From NCBI GenBank assembly GCA_963692945.1, contig OY843585.1:543664-607663 (forward strand): DNA of 64,000 nt, given 5' to 3'. Of this stretch, positions 1-9,769 are shown piece after piece. Under the pieces are notes generated by a model, which worked only from the letters and a program-made list of their open reading frames with translations, made no database searches and had not been told where the DNA came from. Made by a program: the position numbers and the translations under genes. The stretch is from Bdellovibrionales bacterium (GTDB lineage Bacteria; Bdellovibrionota; Bdellovibrionia; Bdellovibrionales; UBA1609). Position 1 is the first letter of the stretch. Every line of letters starts with the position of its first letter.

Positions 1-10
1 TGCATTTAAT

Positions 11-1465
11 ATGTCTCAAAATGAGGGTGCACCATCTTCTTGGTGTGTTTTGCCTTGGTCTCATATTAATATTAAAGAGAAAGGGGAGTTTAGAATTTGT
101 TGTCATAGTAACTCCAGTAAGAATAAAGGTCTTTTAAGAAATAAAGAAGGGATGCCTTTTCATATAAGTAAGGATAAATGGGATGCTATTTTCAATAGTG
201 AGATGATGAAAAGAGTACGTAAAAATATGCTTCAAGGAAAATGGAGTGAAGAATGTAGGAGATGTAAAATTGAATATGAAAGTGATATGAGATCTAGAAA
301 CATTTGTGAGCGTAGTCACTTGGCCCATAGACTTAAGAGTTCAGAGTATCCAAATTATATAAAAGCTAAAAAGTTAACAAAAAAAGATGGTTCAATATTA
401 CTTAAAGATTTTTCTATATCTTATTTAGATATACGTTTTGGAAATCATTGCAATTTAAAATGTATGATGTGTGGTCCATCAGCTAGTAATAAATGGTATC
501 AAGAGTATAAGGATATTTGGAAAGATGATTTTTTTTGGGACGGAGATCAAAAAATAGATTTTATAAAAGGCTTTAATGGGAAACTAAAGGTAAATAAGCA
601 TATTTACGATTGGAGTGATGATTCTCATTTATGGTTAGAAATTGAAAAATATTTAAATCAAGCTAAAGTCATTTATCTGGCTGGAGGAGAGCCTTTACTT
701 ATTAAAGCTCATTATGATTTTCTAAAAAAATGTATAACTAAAAAGATCGCTTCTGAGGTATCGATAAACTACAACAGTAATATTACTCATATACCAGATA
801 AAGTTTTAGTTTTATGGAAGCATTTTAAATCTATTTGTGTGGGTATGAGTATAGATGGTGTTGGTGAAATTAATGAATTGATTAGATATCCAAGTGATTG
901 GAAAGAAATAGAGAATAATATTTTACGGCTTGATCAAATTGGTGGAAACCTTTTATTAAGTATAACTTCCACAATAAGTGTTTTAAATATTTGGCATTTA
1001 CCAAAATTTCTTAATTATATTATGAAAAAAAATTATAAAACAATAAACAACTGGAATGATAAATTATTATTAAACCCTCACCCTCTTCATCAGCCACCGT
1101 ATTTAAATTTAAATATTCTAGAAGATTCTTTTAAGGAAAAAATTGTTAAATATTTTAAAAATTGTAAGGAAGAGGTGAGGGAGTTTGACTGGGAAATTTC
1201 CAACAAGGATAACAAAATAAAAAGATACTGTGAGATACTAGATCAGTATATAAATTATATGTATCAAGTTAAGTATGAAGAAAAGGTTTTAAGAAGTCAT
1301 AGGGGTCAATTTATTTATTTTATGGATAAATTAGATCGTTTGAGAGGAACAAATTGGTCTAAAGTGTTACCAGAACTTTATGAGTCTACATTAGAGTGGA
1401 GAGATATCCTTAAATTAAAATCTTTTGATAAAAAGTTTATTTATAAATCAGTTAAAATAAATTAA
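11..1465 (+). CDS. Radical SAM enzyme with Cys-rich N-terminal auxiliary (twitch-like) domain
   Basis: 484-aa ORF. Canonical CX3CX2C triad C147/C151/C154 in FGNHCNLKCMMCGP (nt 449-472). It is preceded by a ~140-aa domain with C12, C30, C31, C82, C85 and C99. A GGEPLL motif lies downstream. No C-terminal CxxC cluster. Confidence 0.75.
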   Translation: MSQNEGAPSSWCVLPWSHINIKEKGEFRICCHSNSSKNKGLLRNKEGMPFHISKDKWDAIFNSEMMKRVRKNMLQGKWSEECRRCKIEYESDMRSRNICERSHLAHRLKSSEYPNYIKAKKLTKKDGSILLKDFSISYLDIRFGNHCNLKCMMCGPSASNKWYQEYKDIWKDDFFWDGDQKIDFIKGFNGKLKVNKHIYDWSDDSHLWLEIEKYLNQAKVIYLAGGEPLLIKAHYDFLKKCITKKIASEVSINYNSNITHIPDKVLVLWKHFKSICVGMSIDGVGEINELIRYPSDWKEIENNILRLDQIGGNLLLSITSTISVLNIWHLPKFLNYIMKKNYKTINNWNDKLLLNPHPLHQPPYLNLNILEDSFKEKIVKYFKNCKEEVREFDWEISNKDNKIKRYCEILDQYINYMYQVKYEEKVLRSHRGQFIYFMDKLDRLRGTNWSKVLPELYESTLEWRDILKLKSFDKKFIYKSVKIN

Positions 1466-1468
1466 TAA

Positions 1469-2902
1469 ATGAAAAATTTAAAAAATCTCTTTAAACTTCA
1501 TGTTTTGACAAAAGATTTGAGAGTGCCTTTTGATTTAAATATAGCACGTTCTCTTTTTTATTTTTTAGTTTTACAAAAAGTTTTAGAGCAAATTGATAGG
1601 TTTACAAATATAACCTATTCTTATCAGTCTTTTCTTAAAGTTTTTTGGACTCCAAGTTATTTATTTCAATTTTATCCTAGAGATTTATTATTATCTTGGG
1701 GAGAGATATATTTTATTTACTTACTTTTTTGCATTTCACTTTTTTTCTGTATGATAGGTCTATATACAAGGTTTTTTAGTATCATTACTGCTATATTAGC
1801 ACTTTTTTGTTTTGGATATATGCAACAGTTTGGAAAAATTGACACAGAATTTACATTGCCTATTATTATTCTATTTGTTCTAGCATTTTTTTCTCAAATG
1901 AGTTCATCTTATTCATTACAAAATTTTTTAAAATTTAAGAATAAAAAAAAATTAATCAAAAGTTACGATTTATTTTGGAATCAGGTGACATTAAAATTCA
2001 TATCAATCTTGCTTTTGCTTTTTTATTTTATAAGTGGTGTTCAAAAAATAAGATTTTCTGGTTTTGAATGGATTACAAAGGCTGAAATATTAAATGAAGC
2101 TCTTGTATGGCTTGGGCATCCTTATGGAGAGTATCTTGCACAGTTTCCTTCATGTGTGAAAATTCTTGCTTTTTTTGTTATACTTATTCAAATTTTATCT
2201 TTTATACCTATTATATTACCTCGTTTAATTCCTTATTGGGCCATTTTACTGGTTATTAGTTTTCATTTATTTTTGGATATGTTTATATCACAACATTATT
2301 TTTATCTTTATATTTACACATTTGTATTTTTAGTTCCATGGTCAAGGCTCTTCTATATCTTATCTAGAGGAGAAATTAATATAGGTGGTTTATTAGAAAA
2401 TTACTCTTTAATTTTTCTTTTTAAGAAAACTATCTTCAAACAAAGAATCCTTCTTTTAAAATTAATTGGAATAATAACTATTTTAGGATTTTTTATAGTA
2501 GCTCCAATTTTAGGAACTAAAAAATTATATCCTTTTCCAAAAATATCTATGTATTCTTATCCATTAGAAAGAGACAATCATGAGAATATAATAAAATTTT
2601 TTATATTTAAAAAAAATAAAAAAAGTAAGGATATTATATCTCATAATGAATTATGGCCTATCAGAAGAGATGTATTTATTTCTTATATAAAAAAACTTTA
2701 CAAACAAAAAGAATATGAAAAAATTAAAATTATTATTAATAGGTTAAAAGAAAATCAGCCTTTCTTAATGAGATCAGATCTTAGCACTTTTAAGAATTAT
2801 GATGAAATACTTATAGAGGCCTGTTATTGGAAAAATCTTGATATTTATTTTAAGAAAAAAAATCCAACAAATTGTGAAATTCTATTAAAAATAAAATTGT
2901 AA
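1469..2902 (+). CDS. Polytopic integral membrane protein, function unknown (HTTM-like layout possible)
   Basis: 477-aa ORF starting 4 nt after the rSAM stop. Many hydrophobic helices (e.g. IYFIYLLFCISLFFCMIGLY, FISILLLLFYFISGV, ILAFFVILIQILSFIPIIL). The family call is unverified. Confidence 0.65.
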   Translation: MKNLKNLFKLHVLTKDLRVPFDLNIARSLFYFLVLQKVLEQIDRFTNITYSYQSFLKVFWTPSYLFQFYPRDLLLSWGEIYFIYLLFCISLFFCMIGLYTRFFSIITAILALFCFGYMQQFGKIDTEFTLPIIILFVLAFFSQMSSSYSLQNFLKFKNKKKLIKSYDLFWNQVTLKFISILLLLFYFISGVQKIRFSGFEWITKAEILNEALVWLGHPYGEYLAQFPSCVKILAFFVILIQILSFIPIILPRLIPYWAILLVISFHLFLDMFISQHYFYLYIYTFVFLVPWSRLFYILSRGEINIGGLLENYSLIFLFKKTIFKQRILLLKLIGIITILGFFIVAPILGTKKLYPFPKISMYSYPLERDNHENIIKFFIFKKNKKSKDIISHNELWPIRRDVFISYIKKLYKQKEYEKIKIIINRLKENQPFLMRSDLSTFKNYDEILIEACYWKNLDIYFKKKNPTNCEILLKIKL

Positions 2903-2971
2903 ATGTCTAAAAAAAGACTTTTAATACTTGAAATTTTCATTTATATTTATACAATAAAAAAATGGATATAG
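2903..2971 (+). CDS. Candidate 22-codon micro-ORF (MSKKRLLILEIFIYIYTIKKWI)
   Basis: Its ATG immediately follows the TAA of the upstream gene (TAAATG), and its last 10 nt overlap the next ORF's ATG. It could equally be a chance ORF in AT-rich DNA. Confidence 0.2.
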   Translation: MSKKRLLILEIFIYIYTIKKWI

Positions 2972-3510
2972 AATTAAGAAATAAACTAAAAGAGTATTGT
3001 ATTCCACTTATGCCTCTACCAAAACCCTTACAGAATGTGGATTATGAAAAGTTGATACATATATTTGAACAAAATTCTTCTAAACTTAAAAAACTATCCT
3101 ATAAACATACTATTAAAGGTACTAAAAAATCTATAGATCAATTTTTTTATGAAATGTATTTTTCTTATCATGAATTTAATTATCTCTTTAAAGATATGAT
3201 TCCCTTGAAGTGTCTAGGATATATGTATGTATATATATCACCTAATTATGAAATACCTATCCACAAAGATACAGGATATGCAAAAACAAAATTGGGATTC
3301 TTTCTAAAAGGCAATGCTCCCATTCGTTTTTATCAAAATGAGCATAGTTCTTCTTTTTTAGGTGAGTATAATTATGTATCTCCTTGTTGTATTAATGTGC
3401 TAAATTATCATAATGTTTCTAATAACCATTTAGAAAGATTAACTTTTTTTCTTCAGTTTGAGGAAGATTATAAAGAAGTTTATAAAAAAGTAACAAATAT
3501 TTATTCTTAA
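2962..3510 (+). CDS. Hypothetical protein (possible cupin/oxygenase-like)
   Basis: 182-aa ORF in the same operon-like run. The only hint is possible HxD...H metal ligands (PIHKD ... YHNV). No family recognised. Confidence 0.45.
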   Translation: MDIELRNKLKEYCIPLMPLPKPLQNVDYEKLIHIFEQNSSKLKKLSYKHTIKGTKKSIDQFFYEMYFSYHEFNYLFKDMIPLKCLGYMYVYISPNYEIPIHKDTGYAKTKLGFFLKGNAPIRFYQNEHSSSFLGEYNYVSPCCINVLNYHNVSNNHLERLTFFLQFEEDYKEVYKKVTNIYS

Positions 3511-3511
3511 A

Positions 3512-4420
3512 ATGATTTCTATCAATCATTTTAATAAGAAGACCTATGAAATTCCTGACAAAGAGATAGATTGTTTTCTTTCTAAAATCAATTCTTCCCA
3601 AGCTTTAAAATTTGTAAGAGATAAAAACACAGATAAAAAATTCATTGAGACTTATAGAAATTGGCTTTTTTCCAATAAAAATTATATGATGAATTCATTA
3701 GATGAAAAAAAATTTAATTCCTATATAATTTCTGGAATAACACAAAGTTTCCATGATTTTTATCAAATACATCATAATAAAATTTTAAAAGTCAGACGAG
3801 GGGAGTATCCCTATCATAAGGTTTTTTTTAAATCTATAGGAAGAAAATGGGGTTGGATTGAAGACGAGGGGCTTCATTCAAATGATTTTGTCATCATCTC
3901 TTATCCCTTTAGTGGTAATGGAAGTATAGGACATGAAACTAAAGAGATTCTGAATTTATGCAATAGGTATCAAGTTCCTGTTTTATTAGATTGTTGTTTT
4001 TGGGGGTTATCTAGCCCCTTATCTATTGATTTAACAGAATATCCTTGCATTGAAATAGTTTCTTTTTCTTTATCAAAATTTTTTAATATTGGAAGATTAC
4101 GTATAGGCATGATGTATTCTAAATATAAGGAACAGGCTTCAGGAGCTATCCTCGGTCCTTATAACTATGTCAATAGCTGGTCAGCTTATATTGCTTTTGA
4201 ACTTATGAATCATTTTCCTATTAATTATATGTATAATAAATACAGAAAGGCTCAAAAAGCAGTATGCAAAGAACTTCATATAGAGCCTTCAGAAACTTTA
4301 TTTTTTGGATTAAGTAAAGAAGAAAAATGGAAAGATTTTTCTCGTGATGGAGTTTTTAATCGGATTTATCTTTCAGAGGCTATCTCTCAGTTTGTTCTTT
4401 CGCAGAGTATGGATAAATAA
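3512..4420 (+). CDS. Short class-I-aminotransferase-like PLP protein
   Basis: 302-aa ORF starting 2 nt after the previous stop. SLSKFFNIGRLRIG (nt 4067-4108, K189) fits the class-I aminotransferase PLP-attachment pattern as I recall it. The protein is shorter than typical aminotransferases. Confidence 0.55.
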   Translation: MISINHFNKKTYEIPDKEIDCFLSKINSSQALKFVRDKNTDKKFIETYRNWLFSNKNYMMNSLDEKKFNSYIISGITQSFHDFYQIHHNKILKVRRGEYPYHKVFFKSIGRKWGWIEDEGLHSNDFVIISYPFSGNGSIGHETKEILNLCNRYQVPVLLDCCFWGLSSPLSIDLTEYPCIEIVSFSLSKFFNIGRLRIGMMYSKYKEQASGAILGPYNYVNSWSAYIAFELMNHFPINYMYNKYRKAQKAVCKELHIEPSETLFFGLSKEEKWKDFSRDGVFNRIYLSEAISQFVLSQSMDK

Positions 4421-4487
4421 TCTGTTGTATTTTATGGATCTTAATATGAGGAAGTGTAAAACGCTGAACTAGAATCTAGTAGAGGAC

Positions 4488-4847
4488 TTAACTTGCTTTT
4501 TCAAAGTATTTGCTTTGATTTTTCAAATCTATCAGATCAATAATACCTGTTATTTCTTTTCGGGTTCTGCTTTTTTTCCATTTTAAAACTTGATTGAGTA
4601 TTTTTTTGTTAAGACTCTTCATGAGTTGAGAAATAGTTTCTCCTGAAGTATGTGAAAAGAAAGTTTTTTTATTTGTTTTGATTTCTAATTTGCCTATAAA
4701 TTTATTTTTTTGATACTGCAAATCTATACGAATGACAGAATTGCAAGGGATTTTTTGAACGAGAGTATCTACCATGTTTTGAATGACTCTGTTTTGTTTT
4801 TGGTTCAGATTATAATGATGTGTAAAAATTTGAAAATTTTCTAACAT
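4488..4847 (-). CDS. hpf: Ribosome hibernation factor (HPF/RaiA family)-like
   Basis: 119 aa. Its size and alternating beta-alpha pattern resemble the HPF/YfiA family. An AGGAGG RBS lies upstream of the ATG. Confidence 0.5.
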   Translation of the reverse strand: MLENFQIFTHHYNLNQKQNRVIQNMVDTLVQKIPCNSVIRIDLQYQKNKFIGKLEIKTNKKTFFSHTSGETISQLMKSLNKKILNQVLKWKKSRTRKEITGIIDLIDLKNQSKYFEKAS

Positions 4848-4973
4848 ATTTTTTCCTCCTTTTTGAACTAGATATCTTAATAATAAATGATGTAAAAAAA
4901 GAATTGGGAATTTTTGTCAAAATTCTCAAAAAAGGAAGTGTTTTAACCTAAATTAAGAATCTCATAATTGAGA

Positions 4974-5160
4974 CAAAACTCTATTTCAAACATAAGCCTG
5001 TTAAGTAACTCTTATTTTAACGAGATTTGAAGATCTTACCCATATGCGAAAACCAGCAGGTTTTCTCTATGTTTAAATCTTTTATTTTCACGAGATTTGA
5101 AGAACATCTCTCCTGTGATGAAAAGCTCGTGAAAATAAAAATTCACACACTAGAGTTTTG
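4974..5160. repeat. Copy A of the interspersed TIR-bounded modular repeat (inverted orientation)
   Basis: Bounded by CAAAACTCTATTTC ... CACTAGAGTTTTG. Contains the S-module (atgcgaaaaccagcaggttttctcta) and a long hairpin (ttttattttcacgag / ctcgtgaaaataaaa). Confidence 0.85.
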
Positions 5161-5167
5161 ACAGAGT

Positions 5168-5566
5168 ATGGAATATAAAATAAAATATCTCTTAGTCTTA
5201 GAACCTATTTTTGGAGAAACTGTGAAAAAACAGCTTTTTTCTGTTGCTTCTATTTTAGAGGAGCTTTTTAAAAAACCAAAATCTCCATTATCTGAAGGTT
5301 ATTTTTTATGTCAATTGCATCAAATGTGGGAGGAGTTGGCTGGAGAAGAAATAGCAAAAGTGGCTCACCCTGTTGGATTTAAAAATCATCGCCTCACTAT
5401 TGCCTTACCAAGTTCTAGTCATGTTCAAGAGATGCATTTTGTGAAAGAAACTCTTAGACAAAAAATCAATCAAATTTTTCCAGATAAAAAAGTTAAGAGA
5501 ATCTATTTACAAGTTAAAAATTCAAAGCCTTTAAATTTTAAATCCATTAAAAAGATCATTTCTTAA
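5168..5566 (+). CDS. dciA: DUF721/DciA-like protein
   Basis: 132 aa. The WEELAGEEIAKVAHPVGFKNHRLTIALPSSSHVQEM pattern is typical of the DUF721 family. Confidence 0.55.
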   Translation: MEYKIKYLLVLEPIFGETVKKQLFSVASILEELFKKPKSPLSEGYFLCQLHQMWEELAGEEIAKVAHPVGFKNHRLTIALPSSSHVQEMHFVKETLRQKINQIFPDKKVKRIYLQVKNSKPLNFKSIKKIIS

Positions 5567-5632
5567 CTCGGATTTCTAAGTTACTTTTTTAGACTTCTTA
5601 GAATGATTTTGACAAATCCTCGTATTTCTACA

Positions 5633-6361
5633 TTATTTTTTCTTTTTAGACTTCTTAGAAAGGTCTTTTAAATATTTATACCTAGGTCTTTCTCCTAAAA
5701 GAATGAGCAATCTATTGTAAAGATTTCTGTTGTTAATGATAGACCCTAGGGAACCTTGTCCTGAATCCACTTTTCTTAAAATACTACTTAAAGATCTTAA
5801 GATAGAGGAAACTTCTTTCTTATTTGATTGAGATAAAAAGCTTGAAATATCTTTTTGATTTAAATTTTTCATAAATAGATCTACTTCTCCAATAAGACTC
5901 TCAATAGATTTTTTATTTTTTTCTCCACCACTAATCAAAGAAAGTATGTCTAAAGAAGGAGCTGTTTTTATATACTGTCCAGTAGCCAGTGTAGGGGCTG
6001 AAAGGTCATTTGTTGCAATATTGATATAGCGATCCCCAAGAGCTCCTTGCGTCTTAAGTTGTGCTGTGCTGGATTGATTGATCATAAAAAGATGATCTTT
6101 TTTTATGGTGAAAACAACTTCAATAGTTCCATCTTTTAAAAGAGTCATTTTAGCTACATTACCAGTTCTTGTTCCGTGAATAGTGACTTCACTTCCTACA
6201 TAAATTCCTCTCACTTCTTTATAAATACTTTTATAAAAATTAGATGATTTTAAAAAAGTCCCATCACTTGTTCCAATAACAATAGTGAGTAAAGTAAAAG
6301 CAGCTAATCCAATAAGAATAATGGCTCCGACAACAATTTGTTTGATAAAGAAAAATTTCAT
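5633..6361 (-). CDS. mlaD: MlaD (MCE-domain) component of phospholipid ABC transporter
   Basis: 242 aa. N-terminal TM helix followed by an MCE-like core (VRGIYVGSEVTIHGTRTGNVAKM). Overlaps the mlaF stop by 4 nt. Confidence 0.8.
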   Translation of the reverse strand: MKFFFIKQIVVGAIILIGLAAFTLLTIVIGTSDGTFLKSSNFYKSIYKEVRGIYVGSEVTIHGTRTGNVAKMTLLKDGTIEVVFTIKKDHLFMINQSSTAQLKTQGALGDRYINIATNDLSAPTLATGQYIKTAPSLDILSLISGGEKNKKSIESLIGEVDLFMKNLNQKDISSFLSQSNKKEVSSILRSLSSILRKVDSGQGSLGSIINNRNLYNRLLILLGERPRYKYLKDLSKKSKKKK

Positions 6362-7125
6362 TTTCCATTCCCTCCTTTAGTACCTTCCATAAAGTTTTTT
6401 ATTAAGACATTGTAACTTTTTTCTAATGTTTCTGGTGTTCCCATGGCTTGTATAGTTCCATCCAATAAAAGAGCAATACGATCTGATATTTTACGAGCAA
6501 CGGTCATATTGTGTGTAACTAAAATAGCAGTTGTTCCTCTTTTTTTAAGCTTTAACATCAATTTAACTAAATTAGCAGTATTATAAGGGTCTAAACTGAC
6601 CGTTGGTTCATCATAAAGTATAACTTTAGGTTTTAATATCATAGATCTAGCAATTCCCACTCGTTTTTTCATTCCTCCAGAAAGCTCAACTGGAAAAAGG
6701 TCTTCAGTTCCACTGAGTTCAAATTCTTCCAATTCACTCATGACTCTTTTACGAATAGCCCTTTCTCCTAATTTTGTGTGTTCTCTAAGAGGTAAGGCTA
6801 AATTGTTGAATACGGACATAGAATCAAAAAGAGCCCCATTTTGAAAGGCATAGGCTATCTTTTTTCTTATAGGAACGAGTTCTTCTTCAGAAAAATCTAT
6901 AATATTTTGATCTTCTATAAAAACTTGACCTTGGGTAGGTTTCATAAGTCCAATAATAGAGCGAAGAAGAGTTGTTTTTCCAGCTCCTGATTCTCCAAGT
7001 ATAGTTAAACATTCTTTTTCTTTTACAATAAAATTAACATCTTTTAAAACAGTTTTATTTCCATAAGAAAGAGAAAAGTTTTTTATTTCTATGAGAACTT
7101 TAGATTTGTCTTTATTTGTATCCAT
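6358..7125 (-). CDS. mlaF: MlaF ABC transporter ATPase
   Basis: Walker A GESGAGKTT, signature LSGGMKKRV, Walker B ILYDEP. Confidence 0.9.
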   Translation of the reverse strand: MDTNKDKSKVLIEIKNFSLSYGNKTVLKDVNFIVKEKECLTILGESGAGKTTLLRSIIGLMKPTQGQVFIEDQNIIDFSEEELVPIRKKIAYAFQNGALFDSMSVFNNLALPLREHTKLGERAIRKRVMSELEEFELSGTEDLFPVELSGGMKKRVGIARSMILKPKVILYDEPTVSLDPYNTANLVKLMLKLKKRGTTAILVTHNMTVARKISDRIALLLDGTIQAMGTPETLEKSYNVLIKNFMEGTKGGNGK

Positions 7126-7142
7126 TTTTTAAAAATCCTTTC

Positions 7143-7904
7143 CTAATAGTGTAAAAACGAATAGTAAAAATTTGTAAGTATTACATCGCCAAAAATAATT
7201 AATAAAGAAGAAGTTACAACAGATGTCATAGTGGCTCGTCCTATTTCATAAGAACCTTTTGAAATACTCAAACCATAGTGACAAGATGTTACAGCAATAA
7301 ATATAGCAAAGACAAAAGTTTTAAACAGACTAAAAAGAAAGAAAATAAGTTTAGGTGTATAAAGAGCTTTTGCAATAAAATAAACGGGATCTAAATTTAA
7401 ATAGGTGTAGCTAACATAAGCCCCTGTTAATAAACCAACAATACTTACAAAAAGAGAAAGAATGGGAATAATCACTACACAAGCTAGTACTTTGGGAATA
7501 ATGACCCTTTTTGTGTAAGAAATACCCAAAGCCCGAAAAGCATCGATTTGTTCTGTAACTTTCATAGTCCCTATTTCTGAAGTGATACCAGCTCCAATTC
7601 TTGCTGCAAGAATAAGAGGGGCTAAAACTGTTGCAAACTCTCCTAAAATAGCCAGTGCTAAAATTTTTGGGACATACATTTTAGCACCATATTTTTCTAG
7701 AGAGACACCAATATGTAAAGCTAGGATGAAGCCTAAGCAAATCCCTAAAACAATAATAATAAAGAGGGAGCGATACCCAAAGTCATACATATTTTTTATA
7801 AGTAATTTGTAATAAAAAGGCCGTTGCCACATTTGTTTCATAACTTGCCAAGAAATAGAACAAAAACTTTTTACAAAATAAATATAAGATAGGATAGTGT
7901 TCAT
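7143..7904 (-). CDS. mlaE: MlaE ABC transporter permease
   Basis: 253-aa polytopic protein adjacent to mlaF and mlaD, with MlaE-like length and helix pattern. Confidence 0.8.
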   Translation of the reverse strand: MNTILSYIYFVKSFCSISWQVMKQMWQRPFYYKLLIKNMYDFGYRSLFIIIVLGICLGFILALHIGVSLEKYGAKMYVPKILALAILGEFATVLAPLILAARIGAGITSEIGTMKVTEQIDAFRALGISYTKRVIIPKVLACVVIIPILSLFVSIVGLLTGAYVSYTYLNLDPVYFIAKALYTPKLIFFLFSLFKTFVFAIFIAVTSCHYGLSISKGSYEIGRATMTSVVTSSLLIIFGDVILTNFYYSFLHY

Positions 7905-8416
7905 TTTGGTTGGAATCCTTTTATGAATTTTTGAAAAATGGCTCTTTCTTTTTTAAAAGATTTTTCAGAGTCAGCTATAAAATTTAAAATATAAAAGCAG
8001 TTGTTTTTTACTAAAGTGTACATTCCACTCATTGTTTGTTCACCATCTGGATGATAAATCTTTATAACGGAATAAATGTGATTTTTTGCCCTTTGTGTTT
8101 TTATAAGTCTGTAATTTTCTATTTCAGAAAGAGTGCCTTGCTCTATATCCTTTAAAGATTGAAGATTCCTAGAACAATTAGAAAAATAAGATAAGTAACT
8201 ATTGGTTTGTTGATTCCACCAAAGAGCATCTAGTTGAGAATGTGTTTGTCGTTTATAAGGTTGTGGTGGAGACCAAAATTTGACTTGATCTGCTTTTTTA
8301 TCTTTAGTCTTTTTTAAAACCATACTGAAAGCAGACTTTCTTAAAGAAGAACAGTGAGCTGTCAGGATGATAATACATCCTAGAAAGATATATTGTTTAA
8401 AAAGAAATGGTTTCAT
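7901..8416 (-). CDS. Hypothetical exported protein, first gene of the mla operon
   Basis: 171 aa with an N-terminal hydrophobic signal. Its stop overlaps the mlaE start (ATGA). Confidence 0.5.
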   Translation of the reverse strand: MKPFLFKQYIFLGCIIILTAHCSSLRKSAFSMVLKKTKDKKADQVKFWSPPQPYKRQTHSQLDALWWNQQTNSYLSYFSNCSRNLQSLKDIEQGTLSEIENYRLIKTQRAKNHIYSVIKIYHPDGEQTMSGMYTLVKNNCFYILNFIADSEKSFKKERAIFQKFIKGFQPK

Positions 8417-8477
8417 AAGTAAGAACCCCTCTCTATAGTTTGAGAGGGAATTTCAAACCTTAAGGGATATTAAAATA

Positions 8478-8750
8478 TCAATTTAAATAGTCTTTAAAAT
8501 CTTTACCAGGTTTAAATTTAGGGGAAGTGCAAGCAGGAATTTGAATCTCTTCTCCTGTGTGTGGGTTACGACCCATTCTTGCCTTTCTTTCGTTGGCTGT
8601 AAAAGTTCCAAAGCCAATCAGTTTGACAGTTTCTTTTTTCTTCAAAGTGTTTTTAATGATATCAAAAAAAGAAACTACTACTTTTGTAACATCTGCTTTG
8701 GAAAGACTTGTTGCCTCAGCGATTTTATCTATGATTTCTGCTTTATTCAT
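8478..8750 (-). CDS. hup: DNA-binding protein HU
   Basis: 90 aa. MNKAEIIDKIAE...GFGTF...RKARMGRNPHTGEEI matches the HU/IHF family signature. Confidence 0.95.
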   Translation of the reverse strand: MNKAEIIDKIAEATSLSKADVTKVVVSFFDIIKNTLKKKETVKLIGFGTFTANERKARMGRNPHTGEEIQIPACTSPKFKPGKDFKDYLN

Positions 8751-8917
8751 AATTATACCTCTTTTCTATAATTTGTTTGTGGATTAAAAAAACCAATAAC
8801 AAGAATTAGATTTTTTCCATTTGTGTGAAAAAAATCAAGCCTTTTTTTAAAAAAATTAAATTTTTTTAGTTAGATGGTGCCCAATGTGGTATTTTCTAAT
8901 TAATTTTGACTTTAAAT

Positions 8918-9676
8918 TTAATTTGTGTATTGGTCGCAAGTGTATCTATTGCTTTTTACACGTGAAGATGTGTATCTTTGTATACTGGCGGAGATGATTT
9001 CTCGTTCTGAGGAATTTGCCCCATAAGTTATATCAAGATTTAGGGTGTCATTTTTGACATGATTGCTACCGTTTGATCGTATAATTAATGAGAAACTTCC
9101 ACCAAGACCAGCATTTGGAAAAAGCCTGATATTAAATCCTTTGTTTTTATTGATAGCTTGTGCTGTTCCTTTAACGGTAAAAGATTCACCCCAATTGGAA
9201 TTGCTAGAAGATCGTGGTTGAATAGTTACAGAAGCTTCGGTAGGCAATTGGTCTGTGTGAAATTTAATTTCAATAAAACCATTTCCAAGCCAATTTCTAC
9301 ATTTTTTTTCTTTGTTATTTTTACCAAAAAGATTGTAAGAGTAGTCTAAACCCAAAAAATTACCATTTGCATCAAAACGACGGTTTTTTGTAGATCGGCT
9401 TCCAAGAGTTTGATGGATTTGACCACCTCCTGGCAAATTATAAATTCTATCCGTTCCACACCTTCTACAAGAAAACATCAGTAATTCATATTGACCAGAG
9501 TCATGTACATTAAAGTTATTACTAAAAAAGATGCCGGTATTTTCTGGACTAGTAGTTTGGGGAGCTGCAGGTGGGGCTGTAGGAGCATCACCTCTTACAA
9601 AACCAGACTTGTTGTTACAGCTTAGAAGGAAAAAGAAAATCAGGCTTACACTAGATAAATAAAAATATCTTTTCAT
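8918..9676 (-). CDS. Hypothetical lipoprotein
   Basis: Start moved to the internal ATG at 9676, which has a GAGGAG RBS. Signal plus lipobox FFLLSC. No family recognised. Confidence 0.55.
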   Translation of the reverse strand: MKRYFYLSSVSLIFFFLLSCNNKSGFVRGDAPTAPPAAPQTTSPENTGIFFSNNFNVHDSGQYELLMFSCRRCGTDRIYNLPGGGQIHQTLGSRSTKNRRFDANGNFLGLDYSYNLFGKNNKEKKCRNWLGNGFIEIKFHTDQLPTEASVTIQPRSSSNSNWGESFTVKGTAQAINKNKGFNIRLFPNAGLGGSFSLIIRSNGSNHVKNDTLNLDITYGANSSEREIISASIQRYTSSRVKSNRYTCDQYTN

Positions 9677-9769
9677 ATCTCCTCTATCGGTTTCTTCAAG
9701 AGAAATTTCTAGAGTAAAGTTGAAATACATCATTTTTTTATAGTTTTTAAGACTTTATGCCGAAAAATA

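Noticed and set aside
8541-8787. Two 76-aa plus-strand ORFs antisense to the HU gene
   Set aside because: They are shadow ORFs opposite a strongly conserved HU coding sequence.
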